A DNA stretch of 64,000 nucleotides from Octopus vulgaris (GCA_951406725.2 OX597814.1:223696001-223760000); one strand, 5' to 3'. Numbered from the stretch's first letter, positions 38,698 through 54,069 are shown. Notes: generated by a model from the sequence alone, not told the origin. Program-made: numbers and translations.

Positions 38698-38824
38698 AAC
38701 ATATATACATTACATGTAAATATGTAAATATATACTTATATATGCACACACAAGTAAATACCTACCTACGTACATACATAGATATATATATATATATATA
38801 TATGTGTGTTTATGTGCATATGTG

Positions 38825-38879
<55 letters not shown>

Positions 38880-39149
38880 GTGTGTATGTATGTATGTATG
38901 TATGTATGTATGTATGTATACATGTGTTAGTCTATTGCCCTATCCTTCGCCAGCATTCTGGCTTGCTTTATCTCAGTCCCCGCACTCAATGCCTCTCACG
39001 AATTATGTTTCTCTGAATAACAACTAAAGTTCTATGGAGTCGCATTTCTTTATGTTTAAAGTTATTATATTCAGCTAACTACAATGTTGAAAAAACAGAT
39101 ATAAATTTATTTTTTGTTTCTTTTCTATTCATACAAGGCACAAACATCG

Positions 39150-39725
39150 ATATGAATGTATGTATGTATGTTTGTATATATATATGTATATATGTATGTG
39201 TGTGTGTATGCGTCTGAGTGTGTATGTCTGTGTATGTATAGACACAAAAACACATGTGTACGATTGTACGCATAATTATAGATTAACACAAGCATACATA
39301 TCTGTCTGTGTTAATCTACGTATATAAGTATATGTATGTGTATATATGTGTGTGTATATATGTATATGTGTATATACATATGTGTATATATATGTGTGTG
39401 TATATATATGTATATATATATGTATATGTGTGTATGTATATATATATATATATATACATATATGTGTATATATATATATATACACATATATATATACACA
39501 TATATATATACATATGTGTATATATATATATATATATTTACATATGCATGCATGTATATATATATATTTACGTATGTACTAATATATATATATTCATATG
39601 TATGTATATATATATATTTACGTATGTACTAATATATATATATTCATATGTATGTATATACATAGATTTATTTGTTTATCTGTTCTTATGCATATATGTA
39701 TATAATTATAAATATGTGTGTGCGT
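39150..39725. repeat. Compound (TA)/(TG) low-complexity tract
   Basis: Seen directly. Confidence 0.9.
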
Positions 39726-40375
39726 GTGTGCGTTTAAATATATTCATAAACAAACGCAACTGCATACGTTTACGTCTACATGTATATATGTACGTGTGTT
39801 AGTGTATTTTAATGGTACGTTCATGCAAAACTTTTTCGTATATCAACTGCATATTTTCCCATCAGAAATAATAGTTCAAATCCACCTTCTTTGTAATAAG
39901 AAAAAAATATATATTAGGAACAACAACAACAACAATAATAATAATAATAATAATAACAGCAACAACAACAATGATAAATCAATATTATAAAAGAAGGTAA
40001 TCTAAAAACTGCCGTAGCTAAGATATTTATTATTAAAGAATTGTTTTTAGAACCCATTTTCATTATTAGATCTAAAATACAGTGAGGAAATTTTTTTAAA
40101 TAACGTTTTGAACATTCAATTTCCTATTTTTTCTCTTTTTATTCAAGATTTTTGCTTACTTTTTTTTAATATTATCTACTTATTCAATCTACACTGCAAT
40201 TATTGCAAAAACATGTTGTTGATGTTGTTGTTGTTGTTGCTGTTGCTGCTGTTAAGAAATAAAAATTGAAGTACAATAGCAAAATATTAAGCCTACGTAC
40301 GAAGATTTGTCTGTCTTTTCCTCTCTCTTCTTGTAAGTACATACACACATACACACACATATATATATGTATATG

Positions 40376-40406
<31 letters not shown>

Positions 40407-40421
40407 ATATATATATGTATG

Positions 40422-40464
<43 letters not shown>

Positions 40465-41899
40465 GTATATGTATATATATATGGGATATGTATGCATTAA
40501 CCACGAGATGATTTCTAAATATTCCATAATTTCTTTTTGCGGTATATATAGTTGTCCATTCTTGCCGGTTATTTTATTGGTATAGACATCATATCATCGC
40601 TACTTGCTTAGCACCTGCTACTTGCTTAGTTGTTGTGTTTTCTCGATGTTTTGATGTGGCACTTAAATAATCTATATTTTCAGTGTCAAAACTCACGTGC
40701 ATCTACCTAAAACAAGGCTCCCCAACAGTGGCGAAAATAAATTTTGGGCAGAAATCGGAAAAAATCCAACTCATCGATTAAATTTTATTTAGTTTGGAAT
40801 TGCCCATCAAGGTTTTAAATTTCTATTCAGAGTATGTGTATTGTTATCAATGACGTTAAAGAGTATTGGTCAATGAGAATTGCAGTGGGACAGAGTAGTC
40901 TTTCGAAGCCTTCTGTAACGCTTGGTTTAATGATGCTTACACATTCAGTACTCTGTGCTCCCTGAAGGACCCTAGTGGGGCTTATATTTTTACGTTATTA
41001 TTTATTAGCATCGTTATTTTTCTCCAGTTTTTATTTTTGTTCCTTTATCGAATCCGAAAACAATGACTTCGTTGTCACTTTTCTAGTCACTTCATTTAAT
41101 TATTCAAGTGGTGCTTGTACTACTTTAAAAAGCACCTATTGGTAACATTCTTATAAAGCAAAAAAATAATCATATAATTATTGCTAACACATGCATGAAT
41201 GTAACTATATTTGAAAATGTTGCAATGCTTAGGATTAATGTTGACTTATTTTAAAATGAGGCTACAGTAATTTAAAATTAGGCTTGTTCTACTAAAATTG
41301 TAGAGCAATTATTATCTTTAGTCCGCTTTAGTACTTTTTAGCCACCAAATTAGTGCCATTATATTTTTTAATATAGAAGTAATCTGACGGTTTCAATAAT
41401 TATGAGAAAATAGCATCGTGTATAGCTCATAGCGTCATAACAAAATTAAACCTCAATGATTAAGGTTGTCACCGTTAGTTGAATAGACTTATTTAGAAAT
41501 TGAATAAGAAAGGTAAAAACTGTGTATCTGAGATGGCAACTTTTGAGTACCTACTTCATAACTTTTCTGATAACACATTTAAGTTTTTCCCCAAATTTCA
41601 CTTATTTTTAATATTCTTTATGACAATTTTTATTGTAATAGCAAAACATACAAAAGTCAATAAATGATATTAAGTTTAGCAACGAAAATGTGTCACCAAT
41701 ATCATGTAGATACCTGCTTCATGTATTTACTGAAAGCCGCTCGATCAAAAATATCTATATGCATTTTTTATCATAGTAGTCTTTGAATGAATCTTTAAAA
41801 TCATCCCAATAAAGCTTAATAAGACCGTTTACTATTGCAAAATACTGAAAATCAATATTAATCAGCAATCCCACACACTTCGTATAAAAAGATATCAAA

Positions 41900-42780
41900 T
41901 TAGATTAAATCCAATACGGTATGCGATAGCAAAGATCGTTACAAAAATGACAGCAGACTTACAATAACTGAGAAGGTCATAAAGACTATATGAGATACTG
42001 CTTTTTCAAACGAAATGTGTGAATAAAATCCAGGTATCTTGAAATATTTACTATTAAGCAAACGATACGCTACCTGGTAAAGTTGATGAAATTTTTCGGC
42101 GATTATGAAATAAAAGCTAGTTCAAATATTGAGAAAAAACTGAACTCTCATTCAGATTAAGTAGATAACAAAGCCTTTCCCGCAGTGTGTATGCGATATT
42201 TCAATGATGATTGACCACCGAAAGAAAATATATATTTGCAAAAATACTTGGAAATTTATGCTAGTTGGGTATCTATTTTCATTGCTTTGAGGTCTTGGTT
42301 TGGTGAAAACAAGTTCCATTAGAAAATTTTTATATCGATTGCAACTAATGATGTTGCATCAATGGTCGAAGGCGTAAGAAATCAATTTGTCCAGGAATCA
42401 TTGCAATACATTGCAATGCAAGATTTATTCTAATGATAATGAGCGTTTTATTCTAATGTTAATGAGCAGTACGTAAAAATTATTTCACATTCAGAAATAA
42501 GATGGATTTCCAAAGAAAATTTCTTAACACGATAAACCTTTTTGATAGCATACTTAACTTTCTAGAAAGTGAAAGGGATGGAGATAGTTCTGACAAAAAG
42601 GGGGAAAAAACACAAAAATAGCATATATTATTTAACTTGGGTATTCCAAAAGCTTAATGATGCATCACTTCTACTTCAAAGAAAATTCACTTCACTGACT
42701 GATTGTAAATCAGTATTAAAAACATTGAGGGAAAAACTGGAAAATTTTCAAGCAAATTGACATTAAAAGATTATTCAAAA
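41900..42780 (+). pseudogene. Decayed hAT (Buster/Charlie-like) transposase
   Basis: Fragments LSNDT...VDE (~42055), IATNDVASMV (~42340), IHC (~42405), SEIRWISK (~42490) and IYYLTWVFQKLNDASLLLQ (~42625) match hAT transposase motifs in order. Confidence 0.65.
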
Positions 42781-44639
42781 CAAAAATGAAAGTAAATAGA
42801 AAATGGGAATTGTGAAGTTTGAAGTGTTAAGCAATTAAGATTTGAAGAAAGAATTCCATTAAAGTAGAAGTTATAGAGAATTATTGATACAGTGGAAGGT
42901 GAGAATACATTAAAGGATGGAGAAAATAACCATTCGCTGGATCATTATTTTATTGCATTTCTTATTGTGTCAGTATTAAAGTCATAATGTAATCACAGAA
43001 TCTCTAATTCTTATTGACTCAACAGACCTTTCGCCCTTTATATTTTAAAGATAGGAAGAAATCTGGAGTTCGCGGTTGTGGTCTTCGTCAACAACGATTA
43101 GTCCATAGAAGAATGCATAAAATATTTTAAGTTCAAGTGCCTACACAAGAATCGCCAGTTCTAGCTTCCTTCCTGCATTGTTCACGTCCCCTCTAAACGT
43201 ATGACAATCGCACATCTCGCTTTCTGTCTCACTTTCTCTCTCTCTTTCTCTTGCTGTCACTTTCTTTCACTTTCTCTCTCTCTCGCTGTATTACTTTCAT
43301 ACGAATGGTAAGAGCCCCAGACTTCAGACACGACAGTAAACACTCATGTCAATTCAACGTATTTATCTCGTCCATCGGCAGTGTCACGTCGGAGGAAGAG
43401 CTCCTTATGCAATGTAGTGTTTTCTAACACATTCATATGTTCACACAAATTCGCATGCAGACACACTCGTATAAATGCATATATATATATATATATATAT
43501 ATATAGGTGAACTTGTTGAAAATGCACCTAAATTTGAAAAACTTATTTATTTACATATATACCAAACTAGTTTCAGCAATATTTTTGTTTATCAATGCCA
43601 AAAAAAAAATTTAGAATTATGAATTAGAAAAACATGTTTAAAAGTTTCAATGTTGACAAGTTTAAATGTTCATAACAGTAAATAATATAAAAACTGTGGA
43701 TCATCTTGTTTAAATGCACAAAATTCAATAGGGTTAGTAGAGGTCGACAAGAAATGAATATCATCAAAGTTTTAGTCATACTGAGTTTTAAGAGGGAGAA
43801 AAACAAGGGAGAAATGAAGATAGTGAAAAAAAAGAGGGTTGGTTTACAGTTTCTGTGATTCTCTTTCCGTCGTCAGCAGGAACTTTCGTTTGTAACGGCG
43901 TTTATTGGAATCCAGTGTATTTATAATGATTTCCACGAACGGATCTGATTTCTGATTCATTAAAGAACTGGTGGCGTTTTGTTTTTCTGGTGGTTAAGTT
44001 TTTCCTTCTGCCTGTTTGGTTTCCTTGTGGAGAAGGGTCATCAGCCGTTCCAGTTGTTTGATTCTCTTAAAGGGTCATTTTATTGTACTTTCTGAGGTTC
44101 GGTTTTAATCGGAGGTAAAATTTCCTTGGTCTTGAGTTAGGTGATGTCAGCAACTGGTGTTCATATGGTGTTATTGCATGGTGATTTGGAGTTGCGGTTT
44201 CGAACCCCGGGCGGAAGACTGTTAATAAAGTTTTTTAAATTGTCTGTTGCATCTGGTTGTTTTTGTTTTTTTTGTTTTAGTTTTTTTAAGAGAAATTTAG
44301 TCTTTTTTCCTTTTTCTATTTAGTGTTTTTTCTTCTTTCTAAAGGATATTCAAATGTGGTGTGTATTGCTTAATGAGTAAATTTTCCTTAAGTGTTTCAG
44401 CTTTAAAGCTGCGGTAATGATGATATATTATATAGGCTAAATACATATAATATATAAATGCAATAGAGGACAATAAAAACATTCGGACAGATAGACGATA
44501 CAATGGCGGACAAGAGAAACAACAATTAGAAGGACAGGCAAAAAAAAGACGGGTCATTCGTGGCCTTCTTTCTTTAGTCAAGTACCAGACGTCTCAACCA
44601 ATTTGGGCAGTTACAGTTGAAATGGTTCTATCTGGTTGC

Positions 44640-44995
44640 CCGTTGGCCTCTCACTTAACTGAGCACCACTCATAATAATCACTCCAAACACTATGATGTT
44701 GACTGGATATTTGATTTTTATCACTCTCGGTACATGTTTTGGGGACACGGCAAACACTCAGATTGACACCCAAACACTCTGATGTTTTCGTATTGGAGCT
44801 TCCGACGCGAATGCCAAGCAGTACAGCATATCGTTTCCAAATTTCTGGCAGAGTAGGTTGTGTCATGGTGCTGTTTTCTCACAGACGTTGCCCAACTGAC
44901 TCTACTATATTCTGTAGTCAATAAAATCAAAAGCAAACAACGCGCATGCGTGGGATCAAAACTATAAAATGGAGATAATTTACCCTTCGCACCCT
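44640..44995 (-). mobile_element. Tc1/mariner element 5' end with decayed transposase N-terminus
   Basis: TA-cagggtgcgaagggtaaattatctcc terminus at 44997-44970; ORF 44651..44866 resembles an HTH N-terminus. Confidence 0.55.
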
Positions 44996-45022
44996 GTATG
45001 TGCATGCATATATACATGTATA

Positions 45023-45056
<34 letters not shown>

Positions 45057-45122
45057 CGTATATATATATATATACATATATATATATTATATATTATATA
45101 TATATATATATACTCACACTCA

Positions 45123-45167
<45 letters not shown>

Positions 45168-45329
45168 GTTTCATTATGTCAAGCCCGTAAACCTTACACA
45201 TTTTAATTCTCTCTCCGTTCTTTTGGTTTTTCGTTCTCTCCATTTTTCCCTCTCCATCCTTTCTATAAAAGTATGTAGTTAAGTATGAAAACGTTATTAA
45301 TTTCAGTTGTATTTTGGCATTGTTAACAT

Positions 45330-46900
45330 TTTTAGCATAAATCATCCACAAATATATTATGGGTTACTTTAATATCTCTTGCACTTGCAGACCCTAGCAT
45401 GTAGTCGTATGTTTTTTGTAGTAGGAATGATAATGGATTTAACGCCAAAATTAACAGAAGTACAGAGAGACTATCTCTCTGGAATATTCCCTTTGAAATA
45501 TTTATGGCATTGGAGACGATCGTTCCACTCTCTGTTGTAAGTGTGAGGAGTGTGGTCCAGGTCTTTGTGACCCTCTCAATGACAGCAATTCAGGTAGCAA
45601 GCACTTGAAGACACTTCAGCAGACATGAATGAGGAGTAGAGTCAAATGCCTTCGTATAATTAAACCATACTGTTGTAAGGCTCCTGCGATGGCTTTTTCC
45701 TATTTTGCTTTGTTCTTTTACCTCAGACTATACAGCCTTGTCAGAAATTGCTCAGATCATCCTCACACTTTCTTCTTTCCACCGGCTGCTCATCTGTCAA
45801 TATGCTGTTGGACTTACAATGATCTTAGAGGAATTGGTTGAAGCAGCCTGTGTACAGTCTATACATATTTAGGCAAGCAATAGGCCGTAGTTCTCAAGCA
45901 CTTCGGTGGTTTTATTCTTGGCCACGATTTTGGTATGTCAAACTGACTTTCCATAGTAATTTTGAATATAGTTATTAAGGGTTTCCTGTAAAATGTTAGC
46001 CTCTTATACCAGTATCCAACTATTAAGTCCCTTCCAGGTGCCTTCCCATTATGCAGTTTGCCTACAGCTATGGTAAAAAATATCCTGGTCACTTGCATAT
46101 GTTTTACTGTTGATGTTGGTACAGTATTCTCTCTTTACTTCATTTAGCTACGATACATTGAGGTTGAGATTTTTTTCTTTCCAGAATGATTTAAGACCTT
46201 CTTAAGAGGGGGCTTTCTTAACGGTAATATTATCCTTCTTTATCTCTCTACATAATGTTTGTGTGTTAGAAAAAAATTGTGTGATTTATACAGACTCAAC
46301 TCATCAAAAAATTCGTTTGCGGAATCGAAGATTTTCGCTCTGAGCTCTGAGTTCATGTTTAGAGTTATCAACTTCCCATCAAGAGCTTGTTGTGAAGGGT
46401 TACCATACAGTTTTGCTAATTTGTTTCTAAGATGTGACTGATGAGGTGTAAACTCACTGTTATTATATTTATTACCATTGTTATCCGTCCAAAATGGCGG
46501 AGTAGATTGTTGATGTTTTCTTCAAGTTTTGTTTGTTTTCCATTTAGGATGTTTTGGTTTAGTACTTTCATTACTATGTATACTGCATATTTTTCCCAGG
46601 TGTTCTTTAAGAGTTATAGCAGCTGTGTATATGAGAGTATTCATACTCCAGTAATTAACATTACATGATTCCATGTGCTCTCCAGCGATATCGTCGATAA
46701 CATTCAATATTATAGCTGTTGGATTTTCTCTTAATCTTAAAAATAGCCTGTTACTTAACGATAGTTTTGAAAAGGTAGAAAAGTTTTCTATGAAGTGTGG
46801 AGAGACACGAGTATTTAGTGATGGTGGCGGCGTGTATACATTATTTTCGATCTTACTTTGGCAGGTTTTAACCATTTCTCAGTGTTTCGCATCGCGAGAG
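45330..46900 (-). pseudogene. Decayed R4/Dong-like reverse transcriptase ORF
   Basis: Minus-strand remnants in order: YWSMNTLIYTAA, KLHNGKAPGRDLIVGYWYK, WFNYTKAFDSTPH, and HNIFVDDL (catalytic FxDD). Confidence 0.75.
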
Positions 46901-48404
46901 CAAGTCATTTTTTTTTCTTTAAAAAAGAAGCTTGTTGTTGAAGTTGCTTCGCAGTAACAGTGCTTAATTTGGGGTAAGATTTGTCCCAGGAATTTTTTAG
47001 TCGCTTCATATATCTGATAGAAGGGTCTTCACGGGTATTTTCATAGTATCAAAGTAGATCTTGGTTTAGATGTAGAGTCCAAGTAAAATGAGAGGAGTAC
47101 TTACGTCTTCTTAGATAGCTTACTGATGCTGTAGTGTTGTTTTTGTCGGTGGTAGTGTTGTTAGTTTCAGCCATAACCGAGTTAGCGAAATTCCGAGGGG
47201 TATAAGGAATATTTTTAAAATCCGGTCTGAATAATACTACGTTAGTAGATAAGAGTTGTTTCTCTTGTCTATATTGGGAGAAATAGACCAGAGAAATAGT
47301 TACTGACTTAGGCTGAAGAGCAGGCATAATGTAGAAGGGAACTTTCAAGAAATATTTTTTAAAACGGCCTTCTGCGTCTCCTCATCTGATGTTGACGGCG
47401 CCGTATGTATGCATGTATGTATGTATGTATGTATGTATACGTTGGACTTAAATGTCTTTAAAAACAGTGGCAGTGACTTCAAATTTCGTCTCAGTCAAGC
47501 AAAAAAACTGCTTTTATATACCACGATCAGCCACTGAAAAAAATGTTCGATTAAATATTAAACAGCAATATTTGGAAAATCGAAACCAATGTAATAGCGA
47601 AATAACAAAACCAGAATCTTTTCTTCTTCTTTTTTTTTCGTACAACCGGTTCTAGAGCATGAATATAGCACCCAACATCACGAGAAAAGATTTTAGCTTT
47701 GATCAAAACTATTTCCTTCCATCAATGTTATTTTTCTTTGAGTTTGAGTAATTAAATTATTTGTTCCGATCAGATTTCTTTAAAAACAATCAATTGATAT
47801 CTATTTAGAAGGAAAATTTAATAACTAAATATTTGGTCTGATTCTTTTCTATTATTCTTATCCTTTTCATCAACACTGTCGACACTTATTTTCAATAGTG
47901 TCGGCTTTAATTTGTACCATTCGTTCTGGTCTATCACCAATAGATATCCCTTTGTTTTAAAGGTTTGACTTGGTGAACTACTATACATTTTCAATAAAAG
48001 TCAGATCTAGAGACTATCCAAGTGGAAAAAAATATCACCTATTCTGATTTCATAATCTCTTTGAGAATCTGTTTCTCGAATTTCGTGATATGAACTGAAG
48101 GATAATTATGTTAAGTTATTGACGGTATGGAATGAGTTAACTCTTGGAGTGAATAATGCTTTTGTAAGCAATCTCGTTATATTATACGGTGACACTTATG
48201 CTACAAACAATATGTGGTTTGCGCCATTATACAGCCGACTCAAAATCGTTTTGTTAGATGTAAGCAGACTTCCTTGATTTAATATAAGATATTATAATGG
48301 CCAAAATTCAGATAAATCCGTGTTAAAACAAATTTCAATTTGAAAAGATTTTCAGATTTAAACAAACACACACACACACACTATGCATATAAGTATATAT
48401 ATAT

Positions 48405-48620
48405 TTCTTTACTACCCACAAGGGGCTAAACAAAGACAGACAAACGGATTAAGTCGATTACATCGACCCCAGTGCGTAACTGGTACTTAATTTATCAACC
48501 CCGAAAGGATGAAAGGCAAAGTCGACCTCAGCGGAATTTGAACCCAGAACGTAACGCGGACGAAATACGGCTACACATTTCGCCCGTCGTGCTAACGTTT
48601 CTGCCAGCTCGCCGCCCTTA
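48405..48620 (-). mobile_element. SINE family B
   Basis: Reverse complement ggcggcgagctggcagaaacgttagc...ggttcaaattccgc...ttaagtaccagt with A/B-box-like head. Confidence 0.85.
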
Positions 48621-48669
48621 TATAAATATAAGTATGTATGTGTGCGCGTACATGTAAACATATATTTTT

Positions 48670-49400
48670 TTACCATGTAACCAGCCATGTGTTTTCTCCA
48701 GACTCCCCGTTTTTTCCTCTTTTTCTTCTCTCGACTTCCTTCAACCATCAGACCAAGATCCATATCCAAAATGCCATGGTTTTAGTTTCAATTTTCTATC
48801 TCTACGTCCATTTGACTTCAGTTATTTTTCTTTCACTTCTTGAAGTCGTGTTTTGACACCAACTTGCTCCTCAGCATAACCCACACCCCGCCCTTGCTTT
48901 CCCCACTCTCGCCTTCCCCACCTCCCAACACCATCACACCACTACACCATACACCACCATACCACACAACACCACATCACATCCCATCACACCACCAAGT
49001 ACACACTAGCACTGACCACTTCCCAGCCCCACATCCACACACCCACACATACACATACACACACAAACGTCAAGGTCACCAGCCTTCTTCCACATGCACA
49101 TACATACTCTCTTATACACACACATGCGCACCTTCGTTTTGGGATCACCACTACTTTATTATCTCCCCTTCTTCCTAGCTCTCCGGTGTGACCCCTCTGT
49201 CCAGCATTCACCATGATAGATCGCTAGCCACTACACATTCTTTATTTTCTCTCCTTGTTTCCTTCTGTGTTCCTTTCTGTGAAAGAGCGTAGGCTCGAAA
49301 CGTTAAAGACTTCTTCACTTCCCGAGCGTTAAACTAATACATTTGTTTGTTGTCTACACCACCTGTCTTCGTGTTTTGCTTTTTTGTGAATTCTCCCATA
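48670..49400 (+). mobile_element. Penelope-like terminal-repeat remnant with hammerhead-like motif
   Basis: C/A-rich tract, then ctgtgaa-agagcgtaggctc-gaaacgtt at 49272-49310 (gagc/gctc stem). Confidence 0.4.
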
Positions 49401-49505
49401 TATATATATATATATTTGTGAATACATACATACATACATGTATGTGGAGAGAGAGTATGCATACAATAAAATTCTAATATACTGAAGCAACATAATCCAT
49501 AAATG

Positions 49506-49564
<59 letters not shown>

Positions 49565-49885
49565 CAACCATGTGTATATATATAAACAAACTTCTACGAT
49601 ACAGAGAAGAATGTGAAATTTTCGATGGCAGCATTGCCGTTAAAACAGCAGAAATTATTGGTAATATTAACCTTACAAGGCGAAAAAAGTTGTCAACAAA
49701 CGATCGTGGGAATTTAACCCACATCCCACAAGACACCGATTGAGTGTTTTACCATTAAGCTAAGCTGCCTGCGTCGATGCTGCGTTCGACAATTTCCCCT
49801 TCTTCTTTGTTTCGTACAATACACATTCGACGCTTCTAATAAAAACAAAATATACATAAGTGTGTGTGTGTGTGTGTGTGTGTGC

Positions 49886-49944
<59 letters not shown>

Positions 49945-51619
49945 TATATACAATTATTGAAATAACCGTTTCAGTCTCAAAACTTTGACTTTCGAATTTC
50001 AAAGTTACATATGTCGCTTAAATACAATTGCCGGTCGATGAAGGAAAATCTTATAATATAACATTTTAAATTTACAGTGACACTATATAACGTATTCTTG
50101 TGAAACAAATGATAGCAACGAAACAGGTGGAACTAGAGGCAAACAAATCTAATATGTACATACGCACACCTCTCAATAGACAAATTTAAATGGATAATTA
50201 TTTGTACTTACTTAATGACCAAAATATTAGATCAAAGTTTGAATGATATATTCTGTAGAGTACCTTATTGATATAAGAATGTAATTGCAGCTGCAGTTTT
50301 CGATATTTTGAGATGAAAACCTGGAGACTCAAAGGGTTATTTGTACGTATTTGTACGTATTTGTGATGCTGTTTCAGTATATCTAGATATTTGACTATAC
50401 ACATGCTTTAGTTAACTCTATTGCAGTGGATCATTCGCAGTCGTAAAGTTAGCATTAATTTATCAGTAATACATCGCATCGTATATATTGAAAGATAACC
50501 AGGTCCAACCTTTATATCTTCTTAATGAAGTAGAGCACTTCGTGATACTAATTTATATACATTTATTCTCCGAAAGCTATCATGGCTATTAATTTATGTA
50601 TTTCCTTCATTTATGGTCATTCTGTTGTCTGCAGCATTTTGTTTCTTTTACGAGAATTGCATAACACATAGCTATAATAAATTTGATATGTATATTCTAT
50701 AAGACCGTTCTTCTTTGGTTATGATTGTGTGTGTAACACATGAAACACTGATATATCAAATTTTGGAGTCTCGTTATGGTCACTATGTTTAGATAGTTTA
50801 TTCAGCAAATATTGTAATTAGCTCTGTCTGAATATATCTAGTAATATCGAGGCATCACCATTGTTATATCAATAAATATATCATCGTATAATACATGAAT
50901 TAGTTTTCTGTACGCTTGTGTGTTGTGCTTGCGTGTGTGTGTGCCCAAATGTGCATGTGTGGGCATGTATGCGCGCGGGTGTGTGCGTATGAGCTTCATA
51001 AGAGACCTGTCTGAATTCTTTCCTTTGATGCCCCTTGTACTTAAAAGGGAATGTAAACATGTCCTCTTTGTATTGAAGTGAGATCAATAATTTTTGTGTA
51101 ATACTAATACTCATTCAACAATATGGAAAGATATTAAAACCAACTTTGAGTTCATTAAATTTTCAGTGAAATTTTCTAAATGAACAATGAACCAACGTCT
51201 AGCAACTGAGGGTTATTTCAGCGTGATGTCTCACGTAATCTCTGTATCTGAGAACAAAGGAACTACAGCGCTCTGAAGATTGAATTGTTTATATAACACG
51301 CACAGAGCTATTGAGTGAATAGCGAAAAAATATAATATACCTCGTATTAAATATGTTAACAATTATTTTTATGTGTATGGCTTATAGGCGTCAGATATTT
51401 TTTTATTCTCAAAACAATTTTATTTTTCTACACCAGCCAGTCTTCAATTTTTTTGTATATTTACTTAGTGATTCCTGCTTTCACTACCTCGCCATATACA
51501 ATGAAGACTATTCTTTGTTGATGGAATCATAAATAAGCCCAAAACATGGCCAATGTTGTTTCCCATACTTGTCAAAATATCTAAAATAATATTAAACAAG
51601 TGTCTCCTACTTCAGCTAC

Positions 51620-51962
51620 GAGCCGACTTGTGAAAGAATTTGATAGACAGAAGCCGTGTGAAAGTCAGTGTGTGTGTGTGCGCGCATGCGCGTACATGTG
51701 TGTGTGTGCATGTGTGTATGTTGTATGCGTGTGTCTGTCTCTGTGAATATTTTGGGGTCTGTGTTTGTCCCACCCCATCGCATGACAACCACCTTTGGTT
51801 TGTTTACATCCTCGAAACTTAGCGGCTCAGCAATAGATACGGATAGAATAAGCACCAAACATTAAAAAAGATAAGTACAGGAGCCGTTCTGCTTGACTGA
51901 AGTACTTCAAGGCAGTACCCCAGCATGGCCGCAGTCCAGTAACTCAAACAAGTAAAAGATAA
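51620..51962 (+). mobile_element. SINE family A, 5'-truncated and diverged
   Basis: acttagcggctcagc...cagcatggccgcagtc tail. Confidence 0.8.
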
Positions 51963-52131
51963 CAAATATTGATTTTTTTTCTTCACCTCATAATGATTGC
52001 CAGTTTAAATATGTTTGCATCGAACAGGCTAACACTAACTTGAAATTTAATTTTCTGGTGGGTGATGATTCGGAGTTATTAAACATATGGCACATCCTAA
52101 ATATCACAAAAATTCCAATAATTCTAATATA

Positions 52132-52540
52132 GGCGCAGGAGTGGCTGTGTGGTAAGTAGCTTGCTAACCAACCACATGGTTCCGGGTTCAGTCCCACTAC
52201 GTGGCACCTTGGGCAAGTGTCTTCTGCTATAGCCCCGGGCCGACCAATGCCTTGTGAGTGGATTTGGTTGACGGAAACTGAAAGAAGCCTGTCGTATATA
52301 TGTATATGTGTATGTGTGTGTATGTGTTTGTGTGTCTGTGTTTGTCTCCCTAGCATTGCTTGACAACCGATGCTGGTGTGTCTACGTCCCCGTCACTTAG
52401 CGGTTCGGCAAAAGAGACCGATAGAATAAGTACTGGGCTTACAAAGAATAAGTCCCGGGGTCGATTTGCTCGACTAAAAGGTGGTGCTCCAGCATGGCCG
52501 CAGACAAATCACTGAAACAAGTAAAAGAGTAAAAGAGAGA
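52132..52540 (+). mobile_element. SINE family A, full length (uninterrupted copy of the array's target)
   Basis: A-box tggctgtgtgg, B-box ggttcagtccc, internal (TG)n, 3' tail gtaaaagagtaaaagag. Confidence 0.95.
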
Positions 52541-52879
52541 GTATGCGAGAACCGTGTTGTAAAATGTTTGCAAAATATTAACTCGTGACAGAAACCAATG
52601 GTTTTCCCGCAACTGTATCAAGTTCTGTTGCATACTTTTAACTTAATGTATTCATTCCATCAGATTCTCATCTCACTCCTCGTACGGTGTTTGTCTCCAA
52701 AATGTCCAGAAAAATCTTTGAACATATTCCATTTTCTAGTTCTTTCCCCGCATGTAAGGTATTCCTTTCTCATTGCATCCATCCATCCATTTCCACTCCC
52801 CACTATCCCTGAGAAGGGTAGAATCCTCTGGTACCTTCTCTACAGGGTCCTCTCAGAAATAACCGTCATTTTAGTCTCC

Positions 52880-53230
52880 GGCTAGATTCCCAAACGTGAC
52901 CAGCTAAGAGTTTGGATATTGTATAACCATCTCGTTCTTGGTCTACGCCTAAATCACCTGCCGGTTAATACAGTTTAAAGAATCCATCTTGTGAATGTTT
53001 TCTGCAACATTCTAATCAAATGTCCTCAATACCGGAGTTGTGACCTTTCAACACGGACAAGTAAGGAGGCTCGACTTGCAGAGACGTCCTGATCTCCAAG
53101 TTATGCATCCTATCGAGTAACGTTACTCTAGAGATCCTTCGGAGGAAATCCGTTTCGGACCGCTTATATTCACGATCGTACTCTTTCAGTCATTACCCAA
53201 TAATTATGATCATAGATGAGAACAGGCAAA
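52880..53230 (-). mobile_element. Decayed RTE-clade LINE fragment
   Basis: Minus translation LIYDHNYWVMTERVRS..., resembling the RTE motif LTYGHExWVMTERxRS, followed by VEPPYL-like and GHLIRML segments. Confidence 0.6.
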
Positions 53231-54069
53231 AACACCAATTCTATCATCCAATTCAGCTTCACGCCACTAATCACACCTCTAGTATTCTTTGGATTTATTT
53301 AGCTCCAAAACATATTAGTATACATTCTTTCAAACTTTCAATTTTTCGATTTTTAATATTTTTCATTTTTAATACTATATTCCGGTTCGCAAGAAAAGTG
53401 TTTGTGCTATTATAGCAACCTAAAATGATTGCTTCTTTTAAAAAAAAAATACCGTAAAGATATGTTATTTTCAATTTGAACTTCACTGTTTCTCAAAATG
53501 CAAATATAACCCGAAATTGATCAAGCTGAGTATCAGCTACGTCTCTTGGTGAGACTAAGATCACAAATGTGCAGCGGCTCCTCCTATACTGAATACTTTT
53601 TTTTTTATGTTTCTAACAATGCACAAATACTTTCTAAATAAGAGTACTCACCTCAGGATTTAAAGTACGGAGCTTCCAAACGTAGTCGCATAAACTAAAT
53701 ACAACGACGAATGGAAGCGCAAACACGTGTGTACATGAAAGCACAAACATATGTAACAAAGTAAATCAAGTCCACTTGGTACACAAATCTTCATTCGGTA
53801 TTCTGTCTCCTTTTTGTATAGCTTAGTCAGGAGGAAAGGAAAGTTTCTATGACCCTGATCCTTTACTAGGCATCCGAAATTGCTGGGAGAGCAGGAGAAA
53901 GCTATCTTCAAACAAGAAACTTAACTCGAGTGCTTGCACCGGAGCGGAGTGCGCTAAAGGCTCCCAAGGACCAGGAGCAAGTGTTAAGCCAGACACCATA
54001 TTAAGTCTACATTCAAATAACGTAAAGCATCTAGTTCGACAGTCTACATTACTGCCATTCTATCGTTCT

